Shown piece by piece: positions 18,792 through 31,737 of a stretch of DNA of 64,000 nt. Source of the DNA: an uncultured Gammaproteobacteria bacterium (GTDB lineage Bacteria > Patescibacteriota > Microgenomatia > JAUYPR01); NCBI GenBank assembly GCA_964372495.1, contig CAYJQU010000003.1, positions 79,042-143,041 on the forward strand. The letters run 5' to 3'. Position numbers and translations under genes: made by a program. Position 1 is the first letter of the stretch; the number at the start of each line of letters is the position of its first letter. The notes under the pieces are model-generated. The model was not told where the DNA came from. It searched no databases and saw nothing but the letters and a program-made list of their open reading frames with translations.

Positions 18792-21633
18792 TGCTATTCT
18801 TTCTCCTTGCAAAAGCCATCATTTTGAGTTCAAACTTGGGGAGTAGTGTGCCTTCGTTATCAACGACTAAAGAAAGGACATTTGGCTGTACAATCACTCC
18901 CTTAACGCCCTTCAAGGCAAGTTCACGTAATTTCTTCCCAATAAAAGCTCTACGCATCTCTAGGCTGCTCAACACGCTTGCAGGTATTGAGTACGCAGAA
19001 ATGACCTCACCTGCCACACCTTCCCGACCTGGAATTTTGTCAGTAGTCTTGAGTACGGCACCCAAGAATGCTATCTCCGGGTATCGCCTCTTATTCTGTT
19101 CCATAAACTGCACAATTTCGTCGCTTGCGCCTTTAAGGCTGCAGCTTGCGAGATCCAGATCGAGGTATGGCATAACCTCGACACCCAGTGGTGCAAGTTT
19201 TGCCGTTAGAGCTGCAAGAATCGGCGAGTTGATACGTTTATCGGATGCAACAAGCCGTGAAGCATTGCTAGGTTCCATCACGACGCCATGCGGAAGGGTT
19301 ACTAACACGTCACCTCTGCATCCTATACAGCGCCCTTCTCCCAAGAACGTGAAGCGTTTTACAATGAGGTCAGGCGCGATAACGTCACCTTTCAACGTTG
19401 GGACGGTAAGTTTCCCACCAGTTCTCCCGCTTACTTCCAGGCACTGCTCTAGGATCTCCATAGTTGTTATACCAACTGCTTCAATGCCGGGAACACGGAA
19501 CAGAGCATCTTCAAGTATTGTGTATTCAACGTTCATAAGTGTTAGATCTGCTTCCCGCGGCACGATAAGCACGGTTTTTGGTAACCGACCAGTTTTCGTT
19601 TCATATGAGGCCAAAAGCGCGGAGATGTACGCGTCCACATGGCCGGAAGACTTCCCCAGTAACTTCTGTGAGAGCATTTCGCTGATTCCCACTCCTCCAG
19701 CACCTCCAGATATATCAAAGATTGTCAGGCGGAGCTTTCCTTCCCGGGTTAGAGAAGCCAACGGTGGCTCAAGTCCCTCAAGATTTCCTTGCGCCATGAA
19801 GGTTTCAAGAATCTGTCTTCGTGTCTCAGGGGGATAGAGTAAGAAGTAATCCATCTGGAGTAACTCTCTCCCTGGGGTCATTTCTGTGGGTGGTGCATTC
19901 AGTAGACTACTCAAATGTGCGCGTGCTACTGCCGTTATTTCCTCGACTGGCACGCGCACTTTATTAGTAGGAGCGAGCATCCTACAGAGGTTCCCAGATA
20001 CAGTGTCGACTGCATCGGCAACTAGTTGTGTTGCTGCGACCAAACCTTCTGCGTATGGTTGACCGACGCATGCACGCAAGGGTGAAAGACGCACAGTATT
20101 TTGTATCAACCGCGCGCCATACCGGGATTGTAGTGTGAGGTTTGTATCTAGCTCAGGAGTGACCGTTCCAGTAAGTCCTTGTATATCATCTCTTAGCTCA
20201 AACAGTGGCGTGCCAGCAAGCTTGCTCCCAGCACCACGTCCTACCATTGAGAACAACATCTCCGTTTTCCGCTCGGGGGTGTAGAATGTGATTGGTTGTT
20301 CAACAACCCCGTCGGCCGTGTCGATAGATGTCGTAAAGTAGCCATTAAATTCCGGTGAACCTGCGACGAGCTCATTGATTCGTGAAGCCAGCTCGTCTCT
20401 TGTTGCAGCCAGTGATACCGTTGTACCGAATCGCAGTAGATTTTCTGGAGATACCAGCTGGCTTTTTCCAATTGTGACCTGGGGAACGACAAACTGGTAA
20501 GCTTTTGGTCGCGATCCAGGTTCAAGCTGCACGACCTCTGTGCCTGTCTTGGGAGAATCGTCGGATGCCATAAGCCGACAAGCGCTTTCTATGAGCTTTA
20601 TTTGTATCGTGGGTAGCTCAGAAAGCTTTGCTACATCAGTAAGTGTTGTGCGCTGTGCCTCGAGTAATGCTGTATCAATCGCGGCTCGTGCACGCTCTTC
20701 GGTCAATTCTTGAATAGTGCGCTGGGCAAAAAGCTCGAGTAACTCATCCCCGGTAACCGCATCTTTGAGTCGTTTCCTGAGGAGTTCTTTCCCGCGAGTA
20801 AGGACGGCCTTCCTAAGAGAAACTCCTTCTGCGAGATTATGTACATCTATTGTGCTAGCTACATTCTCTTGTTCGATAATTTCGTTTACTGCGAGTTCAA
20901 ACCGAGAGTATTCTCGTGCTCCGCCTGCGGCTACGGCCTCTCGCCTCATAACCATAAGCTTTCGTTCGACGATAATGTTACGTAGTTTTGTAAGGACTAG
21001 TGAATCGCCTGCTAGTAGCTGGGGAAAACGTATTGCCGCAAGCCCTCGTGCCTCCTGGGCAATCTGGTTTTGGAGCAAAGTATCGCTACGTGCACGCTCG
21101 AGCACTTGTTCATCAAGCACTGCAAGCACGCCGCGTGCCTTTTCAGCGTTAGTAGCTACGTTTGTATCTGGTACAATCGAGAGTCCTTGAAGATATTCAT
21201 GAGAAAGTTTTCTGAGCTTAATAAATCCTGCCCTAGTCTGTGGAAGCGTTACGGGAAGCAGCTCTCTCAAGCGGGATGCTGTGCTAAATGAACTTATATC
21301 TCTTGCTACTTGCATAAGTCGCTCAATGCGGTCGCTGGTGTCGAGTACCAAACTAAGCGGTAACGAGCCAACACGCTCTTGGAGGAGCGCGCTATTCGGG
21401 CCCCTGCTGTTCGAATCACGTATGTCTCCGTCTACCAGGAAATCAAGGGCGGGACTGTTCTGCATAAGCACTTTAGTGACCACATCGCATGCGCTTTGGT
21501 CGCTGCTTTCCTCGCGCCGCATGAACTGCCGAACACAATTCACCCCGCGCCTAAGCCGCAGTCGAGGTACGGTACTCTCAGTATCGATCCGCTGCTCCAA
21601 TATTCTTATTAATTCTGTTCTTTCAACCTGCAT
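18784..21633 (-). CDS. large (949 aa) protein of unknown function; N-terminal half helical and charged, C-terminal half with a glycine-rich DISGGAGGVGIS loop
   Basis: uninterrupted 956-codon ORF; the Gly-rich loop resembles the phosphate-2 motif of actin-like (ASKHA) ATPases (DIGGGTT); no confident family assignment is possible by eye. Confidence 0.45.
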   Translation of the reverse strand: MQVERTELIRILEQRIDTESTVPRLRLRRGVNCVRQFMRREESSDQSACDVVTKVLMQNSPALDFLVDGDIRDSNSRGPNSALLQERVGSLPLSLVLDTSDRIERLMQVARDISSFSTASRLRELLPVTLPQTRAGFIKLRKLSHEYLQGLSIVPDTNVATNAEKARGVLAVLDEQVLERARSDTLLQNQIAQEARGLAAIRFPQLLAGDSLVLTKLRNIIVERKLMVMRREAVAAGGAREYSRFELAVNEIIEQENVASTIDVHNLAEGVSLRKAVLTRGKELLRKRLKDAVTGDELLELFAQRTIQELTEERARAAIDTALLEAQRTTLTDVAKLSELPTIQIKLIESACRLMASDDSPKTGTEVVQLEPGSRPKAYQFVVPQVTIGKSQLVSPENLLRFGTTVSLAATRDELASRINELVAGSPEFNGYFTTSIDTADGVVEQPITFYTPERKTEMLFSMVGRGAGSKLAGTPLFELRDDIQGLTGTVTPELDTNLTLQSRYGARLIQNTVRLSPLRACVGQPYAEGLVAATQLVADAVDTVSGNLCRMLAPTNKVRVPVEEITAVARAHLSSLLNAPPTEMTPGRELLQMDYFLLYPPETRRQILETFMAQGNLEGLEPPLASLTREGKLRLTIFDISGGAGGVGISEMLSQKLLGKSSGHVDAYISALLASYETKTGRLPKTVLIVPREADLTLMNVEYTILEDALFRVPGIEAVGITTMEILEQCLEVSGRTGGKLTVPTLKGDVIAPDLIVKRFTFLGEGRCIGCRGDVLVTLPHGVVMEPSNASRLVASDKRINSPILAALTAKLAPLGVEVMPYLDLDLASCSLKGASDEIVQFMEQNKRRYPEIAFLGAVLKTTDKIPGREGVAGEVISAYSIPASVLSSLEMRRAFIGKKLRELALKGVKGVIVQPNVLSLVVDNEGTLLPKFELKMMAFARRKNSNG

Positions 21634-21651
21634 ATAATCTCTTTTTGCCCA

Positions 21652-21680
21652 CAAAAAAACCTCCCGGCGGGGAGGTTTGT
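21652..21680 (-). terminator. candidate intrinsic terminator on the minus strand (CCTCCCCGCCGGGAGG hairpin plus T7) downstream of the secreted-protein gene
   Basis: plus strand reads AAAAAAACCTCCCGGCGGGGAGG; it sits immediately 5' of the 949-aa gene start. Confidence 0.4.
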
Positions 21681-21830
21681 CCTGTTTTGCTTACGTTATT
21701 TCGTTATGATTCAAGCACGACAGCAACACCCTCCCCAGTGAGAGGATAGAAATGGAACCAATAGTTGTTGCTTATGCTACTTCTCATAGCTTCCTACTAC
21801 TATACCATAGTTCGTCAAGCTGGTGGCATT

Positions 21831-22832
21831 TTAGAATCTCTTGAGGGGCTCAACGAGGACCATTGACTTGCCAGTTGCGTCGGTGTGCATTTCGTACTTG
21901 TCGTTATCGAGCGAAAATACGATCTTATAGCCGGGAGTGATCACTTGCGCGTAGACCTTTCCTGCCTCTTTGACCCCCAGGCTCGTATCAACCCAGGTAA
22001 CGCTCTCTTTTGACACAACTTTGAGCTTACCTGACGGTACATTTAGGTGGCCTGCAAGTTTTTGCTGAGCCAGAAGCACAACTCTTTCCATTGCCGCAGC
22101 TTGAGTGCTCAGTTTTTCGCTTTTCTCCTTTGGAGTTGGACTTGGACTGGAAAGTGTTGTCGTACCAGTGACATGTATCCGGAGCGCCAGCTTTTCTCCT
22201 CCGTCATCTTCTGTAATGATGACTACTTTTGCGCCGCGGGTTACCTTAGAAAAGTCCGCGGTCTTTTGTCCCTTGACTGATACTTCAGTGTTGTTGTCAA
22301 GCACGAACTCCTCGACTTTGGAAGCTTTTAGATCCTGAATAGTTAGTGATTTAGTGGCGGCTTCGGTTACCATGCCAAAGTATATCGTTTTAGCGCGTTG
22401 GGGTTTGTCTGGAAGGGTGTAGACGCGCAGGGCAAGCGCACCGCCTTCCCTGCCAGATGCTACAACGACGACACGCTGGTCGGGCTTAAGGTCAGCTACC
22501 GTACCTCGTGATTTTCCTTTGATAACAGTTGCTTGTGTAAGCCCCAGCGTTTTGCTGCCAGATTTTGTTTTGATGGTGAGATTCTTTTTGTCGATGGTCG
22601 CAATGGTACCTGAGGAAACCGACTTTCTGATCGTTTCAGCAGTCGCTGTAGCAATTTTCTCCTTTAGGTCATCGGTCAACTGCGCGGCCCGTGTGGCGAG
22701 CTTGGATTTCAGTGCCTCTATGGCGCTCGGCGTTGGTCCGGCGGTTGGCGGAGGGGTAGCTGTTTGGGCTGCAACGAGGGAAGGGAGGATTAGTAGCATT
22801 AGGCTCCCTATAATGACAAGGGGCAGTCTCAT
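21831..22832 (-). CDS. secreted hypothetical protein (signal peptide, repetitive Lys/Thr-rich beta-like segments)
   Basis: N-terminal MRLPLVIIGSLMLLILPSLVAAQ signal; 333 aa; no catalytic motifs recognised. Confidence 0.4.
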   Translation of the reverse strand: MRLPLVIIGSLMLLILPSLVAAQTATPPPTAGPTPSAIEALKSKLATRAAQLTDDLKEKIATATAETIRKSVSSGTIATIDKKNLTIKTKSGSKTLGLTQATVIKGKSRGTVADLKPDQRVVVVASGREGGALALRVYTLPDKPQRAKTIYFGMVTEAATKSLTIQDLKASKVEEFVLDNNTEVSVKGQKTADFSKVTRGAKVVIITEDDGGEKLALRIHVTGTTTLSSPSPTPKEKSEKLSTQAAAMERVVLLAQQKLAGHLNVPSGKLKVVSKESVTWVDTSLGVKEAGKVYAQVITPGYKIVFSLDNDKYEMHTDATGKSMVLVEPLKRF

Positions 22833-23254
22833 TGGGTCTCCTCTGATTCGTAGATGATGGTCCGTTGCACCGTTGACTGGGTTCCATCCTCGCTGACAGC
22901 AGTGATTGTGAGCTCGTTTGTGCCTTCCACCAGTGTCACTTCTGAAGAAAATGTCCCGGACTGGTCGGCCTCAAAAACGTGATCTTTTCTGCCACCGGTG
23001 ATGACGACCGTAGAGCCTGGGCGGGATTTGCCTGAAACTCGGGTAGTACTGCTTGTCGTGTAGGCATCATCTGCAGGAGCGGAGAGGATGAGGGCGGCAG
23101 CAGGCTTGGGTGTGGGCGTTGTCGATGTGGTAGTTGCTGCCGGTGTGGAAGGCGCGGAAATAGATGGAGCGATGCTGCGCACATACAGCGTTGCAGCAAG
23201 AAGCACAATAATGACAATTCCAAAGAGGCTGCTCCAAAAAAGTTTTGAACCCAT
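22829..23254 (-). CDS. membrane-anchored hypothetical protein with Thr/Pro-rich linker and Ig-like C-terminal domain
   Basis: TM helix LFWSSLFGIVIIVLLAATLYV; TTTSTTPTPKP linker; start taken at MGSKLFW; stop overlaps the downstream gene start by 4 nt. Confidence 0.35.
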   Translation of the reverse strand: MGSKLFWSSLFGIVIIVLLAATLYVRSIAPSISAPSTPAATTTSTTPTPKPAAALILSAPADDAYTTSSTTRVSGKSRPGSTVVITGGRKDHVFEADQSGTFSSEVTLVEGTNELTITAVSEDGTQSTVQRTIIYESEETQ

Positions 23255-23364
23255 GATGTATGTAGTGGGGCAGGTATGTTTAGTAACAGGCATGGTATCA
23301 TTGGGCCAAACTCCTTGTCAAGCACAAAGAGCGGTGCTAATATGCCACAAAGGGAGGGTGCTAC

Positions 23365-24003
23365 ATGGACATTACTTGGTTAGGGCAATCCTGTTTCAGG
23401 CTAAAGGGTAAGCAGACAACGGTAGTTACAGATCCATTCGATCCTCAATTTACTGGTCTTAAGCTCCCTACATTAAGCGCAGATATCGTAACCGTTAGCC
23501 ATTCTCATGATGATCATAGTTATGTCCAGGCAGTCAGCGATAACCCTTTTGTGATCCAGGGGCCTGGAGAGTATGAAGTAAAAGGCGTATATATAGTGGG
23601 TGTTTCCTCTTGGCACGATGCAAACGAAGGACGAGACCGCGGGCGCAACGTCATCTATACGATCTCGATTGATGGCGTTACGGTATGCCATACAGGTGAT
23701 CTGGGGCAGAAGCTGACTCCTGCGCAGCTAGAGAGTATTAGCGGCGTAGATGTCCTCTTAATTCCGGTGGGCGGCGTGTACACGATCGACGCCGAGCGAG
23801 CAACCGAGGTCATCGCGCAAATTGAGCCGTGCATTGTGATACCAATGCACTATAAAGTGCCGGAACTGAAATTTGACCTTGCGCCGCTTGAGGTATTCTT
23901 ACATGAGATGGGCAAGGAAGACATCCAGCCAGTTGGCAAATTGGCCGTGACAAAAGAAAAATTGCCCACCGAAATGCAGGTAGTAGTGCTAGAGAAACAG
24001 TAA
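23365..24003 (+). CDS. MBL-fold metal-dependent hydrolase (UPF0173-like)
   Basis: HSHDDH zinc-binding motif (TVSHSHDDHS); 212 aa; downstream HTGD and MHY ligands. Confidence 0.7.
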   Translation: MDITWLGQSCFRLKGKQTTVVTDPFDPQFTGLKLPTLSADIVTVSHSHDDHSYVQAVSDNPFVIQGPGEYEVKGVYIVGVSSWHDANEGRDRGRNVIYTISIDGVTVCHTGDLGQKLTPAQLESISGVDVLLIPVGGVYTIDAERATEVIAQIEPCIVIPMHYKVPELKFDLAPLEVFLHEMGKEDIQPVGKLAVTKEKLPTEMQVVVLEKQ

Positions 24004-24006
24004 CCA

Positions 24007-25332
24007 GTGGCTGACAGGATTCCTCCACAAAACATTGAAGCTGAGCAGAGCGTATTGGGCGCACTGCTTATTGATAAGGACGCCATTGTACAGGTGGCAG
24101 AGTTTTTACGTCCTGAGCACTTTTATCGTGAGAGTTCCCATGGAGAGATATACCGCGCAATGCTTTCTTTGTATGAAAAGCGTGAACCGATAGATCTTGT
24201 GACGCTTACTGCTGAATTAAAAAAGAAAGGGAAGTATGAAGTTGCCGGGGGCGCCTCCTATCTTGCAACGCTTGCCGAGGTAGTTCCCACTGCAGCGCAC
24301 GTTGAGCACTACGGATCTATCGTTAAGGAGCATGCCACCCGTCGCTCGCTTATTTCGTCGGCGGTAAAAATCACTGAGCGTGCATTTGAGGAGAAAAGTG
24401 ACGTTCAGGAAGTACTTGATGAGGCGGAGCACGTCATCTATAGCATTTCCCAGGAGCACATAAAACGAGACTTTGTATCTATAAAGGACGTGCTTCATGT
24501 AAGCTTTGACAAGATCGATGAGCTTTTCCGAAACAAAGGGACTCTCCGCGGGGTACGGACAGGATTTCGCGATTTAGACAATAAGCTGGCGGGGATGCAG
24601 GATTCAAACCTTATTATCTTGGCTGCGCGTCCTGGGATAGGGAAAACCAGCTTTGCGATAAATATTGCCCATTTTACAGCCGTGCACGAGAAAGTACCGG
24701 TTGGTATATTTTCGCTTGAGATGTCGCAGGAGGAGCTGGTCGACCGTCTGCTCGTGAATGAGGCGGATGTGGATGCCTGGCGTTTAAAAACGGGGCGGCT
24801 GGAGGAGGATGATTTTGACAGAATCTCCCAAGCTATGGGAGAACTTGCTGAGGCACCGCTATATATTGATGATACCCCTGGGATGACCGTTATGGAGATG
24901 CGGACGAAAGCACGGCGATTGCAAGCAAGTAAGGGCTTGAAACTCTTAATAGTTGACTATTTGCAGCTCATAAAGGGCAGGAATCTTGAAAATCGGGTGC
25001 AGGAAGTATCTGAGATTTCTCAGTCGTTGAAAAATTTGGCACGCGATCTTAAAATTCCGATCCTGGCTATCTCACAGCTTTCGCGGGCAGTTGAGTCACG
25101 GGGGACTCGCGTACCCCAGCTTGCGGATCTGCGGGAGTCTGGGGCGATCGAGCAGGACGCGGACGTGGTAATGTTTCTGTATAGAGAAGACCCGGAAAAA
25201 CTTGAGCATATAAAGCTCCTTGTGGCCAAGCACCGCAACGGTCCAGTGGGGGAGATCGAGCTTATGTTTAAGGGAGACCGGGTACGCTTCTATGGTATGG
25301 AGCGCCATCGCACTCGCGCGGCAGCAGCGTAA
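24007..25332 (+). CDS. dnaB: replicative DNA helicase
   Basis: N-terminal PQNIEAEQSVLGALL; Walker A GIGKTSFAINIA; RecA-like C-terminal domain; 441 aa. Confidence 0.9.
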   Translation: MADRIPPQNIEAEQSVLGALLIDKDAIVQVAEFLRPEHFYRESSHGEIYRAMLSLYEKREPIDLVTLTAELKKKGKYEVAGGASYLATLAEVVPTAAHVEHYGSIVKEHATRRSLISSAVKITERAFEEKSDVQEVLDEAEHVIYSISQEHIKRDFVSIKDVLHVSFDKIDELFRNKGTLRGVRTGFRDLDNKLAGMQDSNLIILAARPGIGKTSFAINIAHFTAVHEKVPVGIFSLEMSQEELVDRLLVNEADVDAWRLKTGRLEEDDFDRISQAMGELAEAPLYIDDTPGMTVMEMRTKARRLQASKGLKLLIVDYLQLIKGRNLENRVQEVSEISQSLKNLARDLKIPILAISQLSRAVESRGTRVPQLADLRESGAIEQDADVVMFLYREDPEKLEHIKLLVAKHRNGPVGEIELMFKGDRVRFYGMERHRTRAAAA

Positions 25333-25344
25333 CTAGATTTCCTC

Positions 25345-25758
25345 TTAGGGCATTGGAATGCGACTTCGGTGGCGGCGTTTGACTACGAGTTTGGCGGTGG
25401 CCCGCTCGATGAGTGCCAGGGTGGCGGCAATTTCCTCATCTGAACGAAGTTCTTGGAGCGCTACTTGTGCACGTCGCCGCGCTTCCTGTTCAGCCCGCTC
25501 ATCAATTTCCTCAGCTCGCAGCGCCTCATCGGTAAGCACAGAAACCGTATTGCTTACTATGTGGGCAATACCACTTCCGGTTGCTAGGTAGTCAGTGTAA
25601 TTGCCAGTTCGTGCAAGCAGGGTACCAGGAGAAACGGCCGTAATGAGCGGTGCATGGTTCGGTAGTATCCCAATTTGGCCCTGCGGTGTGGGTATGCGTA
25701 CTTCATCTACCTCTTTTTCTATCGCAACTGTTGCTGGGGTAATGACTTGTAGCCGCAT
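25345..25758 (-). CDS. atpC: F0F1 ATP synthase epsilon subunit
   Basis: MRLQVITP...ILPNHAPLIT signature; last gene of the atp operon. Confidence 0.85.
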   Translation of the reverse strand: MRLQVITPATVAIEKEVDEVRIPTPQGQIGILPNHAPLITAVSPGTLLARTGNYTDYLATGSGIAHIVSNTVSVLTDEALRAEEIDERAEQEARRRAQVALQELRSDEEIAATLALIERATAKLVVKRRHRSRIPMP

Positions 25759-25762
25759 AGGA

Positions 25763-28028
<2,266 letters not shown>

Positions 28029-28032
<4 letters not shown>

Positions 28033-29543
28033 GTTACATCATCCTCGCCAGTAAATTCTTTTTTAACGATTTCAACAACCTCAGTCAGCTCGGTTATGCT
28101 AGCATCTGAAAGTTCCTCGGTCTCGTCTATTGTCTCCAGGAGTTTCCCCTTTTGGGTAGCGAGATAGTCTCGGAACGCATGCTCGAATGGGGCAACATTT
28201 TCAGAAGTAATGGCGTTTAGCTGTCCTGACGTTACCGCCCAGAGGAGTGCTGCTTGCTGTACTACTGGCACGGGTTGATATGGTGGTTGCTTGAGCACCT
28301 CAACGATTCGCTTGCCTAGTTCCAGACGCCCCCTTGTTGTTGGATCGAGGTCAGCGCCGAATTGCGCAAATGCCGCGAGCTCCCGGTATTGAGCCAGGTC
28401 AAGTCTGAGTTTGCCGGCTACTTGTTTCATCGCTTTGATTTGCGCCACACTCCCCACTCGGGAGACCGAGAGTCCTGCATTCACCGCGGGGCGAATACCT
28501 GCATGGAAGAGCTCAGACTCAAGGTAAATCTGTCCGTCGGTAATGGAAATGACGTTGGTGGGAATATATGCGGAAACATCACCTGCCTGGGTCTCGATGA
28601 TGGGAAGCGCCGTAAGTGAGCCACCCCCGTTTTCCTTGTTTAATTTTGCGGATCGTTCGAGTAGTCGGGAATGGAGATAAAAGACGTCTCCCGGGTATGC
28701 TTCGCGTCCTGATGGGCGTCGGAGAAGTAATGAAAGTTGCCGATAAGCCCACGCGTGTTTGCTTAAGTCGTCGTAAATGATGAGCACGTCTTTTCCTTGA
28801 TCCATAAAGTATTCACCCAGCGCGGTAGCACTGTAGGGGGCTAGGTATTGAGTAGTTGCGCTCATTGCCGATGATGCCGAGACAATAATGCTATGATCAA
28901 GCGCCTCGTACCGCGCCAGCGTTGCTGTAATCGATGCAATAGTGCTCATTTTTTGCCCGATTGCCGTGTAGATGCAGATAACATCTTTTTGATTTAAGAT
29001 GGTATCTATGGCGATCGTTGTTTTGCCAGTCCCGCGATCTCCAATAATTAGCTCCCGTTGGCCGCGTCCGATGGGGATCATGCTATCAATAGCCTTCAAT
29101 CCAGTTTGTAAGGGTGTTTTCACGCTCTCCCTGACGATGACCCCGGGGGCAGGCCGCTCGACCGGATAGCTCTTTTTTGCACTAATCGCGCCCTTTCCGT
29201 CCAATGGTTGTCCCAACGGATCGATGACCCTCCCAATAAACTCTTCTCCTACGGGCACTTCAAGTATCCTCCCAGTGGTACGTACCTCGCCTCCCTCTTT
29301 GAGGTGTTCAAAGCTACCCACAATGACGGCACCCACAGATGTTTCTTCGATATTGAAGGCGATACCGTACGTATCTCCGCCGAAAGATAACAGTTCCGAG
29401 GCCATTGCTTCTGACAAACCGCTGATTCTGGCGATACCGTCACCAATTTCCAAAATAGCGCCGACGTTTGATTTGAGGGCGCCTTGCGTGATCGTTTGTA
29501 TTTGATTTTCCAGCAATTTTAAAATGGTTGCCTTTTCGTCCAT
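28029..29543 (-). CDS. atpA: F0F1 ATP synthase alpha subunit
   Basis: GDRGTGKT P-loop; start set at the internal ATG (MDEKATILK) abutting the atpH stop. Confidence 0.95.
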
Positions 29544-29545
29544 GG

Positions 29546-29941
29546 TTAGCGTCCTAGCTGTTGTACACGAGTCTTTAAACTGCCATCCCAAATACTGTCA
29601 CCAATGCGCACCGTGATGCCGCCGAGTATGCTTTTGTCTTCCTGCGCGAGGAGTGAATGCACTGATGGAAAGCGATCGCGGATGCGGTCAAGTAACTCGT
29701 GTTGCTCCTGCGCGCTCAAGGGCCACGCTGCTTTCACAAGCGCGGTTTCTTTGGCGATTTGGTTAGCAATAAGGAAGCGATATGTTCGCAGGAGTATGAG
29801 TGCCTCATGTGGCTTTCTTGCCGCAAAAAGTATTGCCCAAGAGGCAACTTTTTTATTATCTAACTGCCCCTCAGTACTGCTTTCACGAAATGCCAAGCGG
29901 ATGAGTTGTTGATGCAGGCGAGAGGTCCGTGTGGCTTTCAT
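29546..29941 (-). CDS. atpH: F0F1 ATP synthase delta subunit (short, 131 aa)
   Basis: position between atpF and atpA; OSCP-like helical content. Confidence 0.6.
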   Translation of the reverse strand: MKATRTSRLHQQLIRLAFRESSTEGQLDNKKVASWAILFAARKPHEALILLRTYRFLIANQIAKETALVKAAWPLSAQEQHELLDRIRDRFPSVHSLLAQEDKSILGGITVRIGDSIWDGSLKTRVQQLGR

Positions 29942-30438
29942 CAGTGTGACACCTCTTCTATTGTTTGCGCAACAAGACGCTTCTGGTCAGATGGTGAGAT
30001 GATTCGTCTCAGCACCTTTTCGACAGTGAGCATAACCAGGCGCGCCAGTTCTTGCCTGAGCTCTGTGTGCATAAGGAGTCGATCCTGCGCGATCTCTTTT
30101 TTTGCATCAGCAATGATGGCTTTCGCTTTGCCTTCTGCTTCTGCTTGCGCTTTGGCGATAAGATCGGTAGCCGACTGCTTTGCGGAGCCAACGATCTCGG
30201 AAGCTTCTAATCGAGCTTGCGCGATGAGACGCTCCTGCTCCTGCCTGACGCTTGCAAGACGCTCTTCAATCTCTTGTGCCTGGTTGATGCTCTGCGCTAT
30301 ACGACGCTTTCGTTCCTCAAGCATGGTTACTACTGGCTTATAGAGAAAGCGACGCAGGAGCAGCACAAGGATGAGGAAATTAATCACTTGCGCCAAAAGT
30401 AGAATCGGTTGTACGCCAAACTCGCGAGCGGTTTCCAA
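29941..30438 (-). CDS. atpF: F0F1 ATP synthase B subunit
   Basis: N-terminal TM followed by a long charged coiled-coil (EERKRRIAQSINQAQE...); operon position. Confidence 0.65.
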   Translation of the reverse strand: METAREFGVQPILLLAQVINFLILVLLLRRFLYKPVVTMLEERKRRIAQSINQAQEIEERLASVRQEQERLIAQARLEASEIVGSAKQSATDLIAKAQAEAEGKAKAIIADAKKEIAQDRLLMHTELRQELARLVMLTVEKVLRRIISPSDQKRLVAQTIEEVSH

Positions 30439-30476
30439 AAAGCGTTAGCCTCCTTTCTTCAAACTATCATACTGCC

Positions 30477-31450
<974 letters not shown>

Positions 31451-31601
31451 ACTGCATCACTACAAACAAAGCCCTCACTCAGGGCTTGCCTCTGGTCTGT
31501 AGGTATGCCGATTGTACCAGATGCTCATATCACGTCAACAACAATAATACAACGCTTTTTACCCATGAAGTCATTATACAGGCTTTTCTATAGAGTAGCG
31601 G

Positions 31602-31686
31602 TGCCGGGGGAGGGAGTTGAACCCACACGATCTTTTGGATCACGCGCTCTTGAGGCGCGCGCGTCTGCCAATTCCGCCACCCCGGC
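31602..31686 (-). tRNA. tRNA-Leu (anticodon CAA), class II with long variable arm
   Basis: reverse complement folds as GCCGGGG acceptor stem, D-arm, CGCGC-CTCAAGA-GCGCG anticodon arm (CAA), GATCCAAAAGATCG variable arm, GGTTCAACTCC T-arm, discriminator A. Confidence 0.8.
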
Positions 31687-31737
31687 ATCAGCCTTGGCTT
31701 GTACAAACTATTCTACCAGAATATACTATCAGTTACA

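Noticed and set aside
16137-18812. Possibility that the GCS2-like ligase is a Pup ligase (PafA/Dop) of a pupylation system
   Set aside because: No small ORF ending in GGQ or GGE, and no proteasome or AAA ATPase genes nearby; the matched motifs are those of YbdK-type ligases, so a Pup system is not supported
18746-19837. 363-aa ORF on the plus strand
   Set aside because: Lies entirely antisense to the 949-aa minus-strand gene and has a Ser/Arg/Pro-rich low-complexity composition typical of antisense frames of GC-rich coding DNA
20717-21190. 157-aa plus-strand ORF
   Set aside because: Antisense within the 949-aa gene; Ser/Arg-rich
31470-31488. Hairpin AAGCCCT-CACTC-AGGGCTT between the tRNA-Leu and the atpB start
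   Set aside because: On the minus strand it is followed by a weak T-rich tract and lies only about 20 nt before the atpB start codon; it cannot be confidently called a terminator rather than a processing or leader structure
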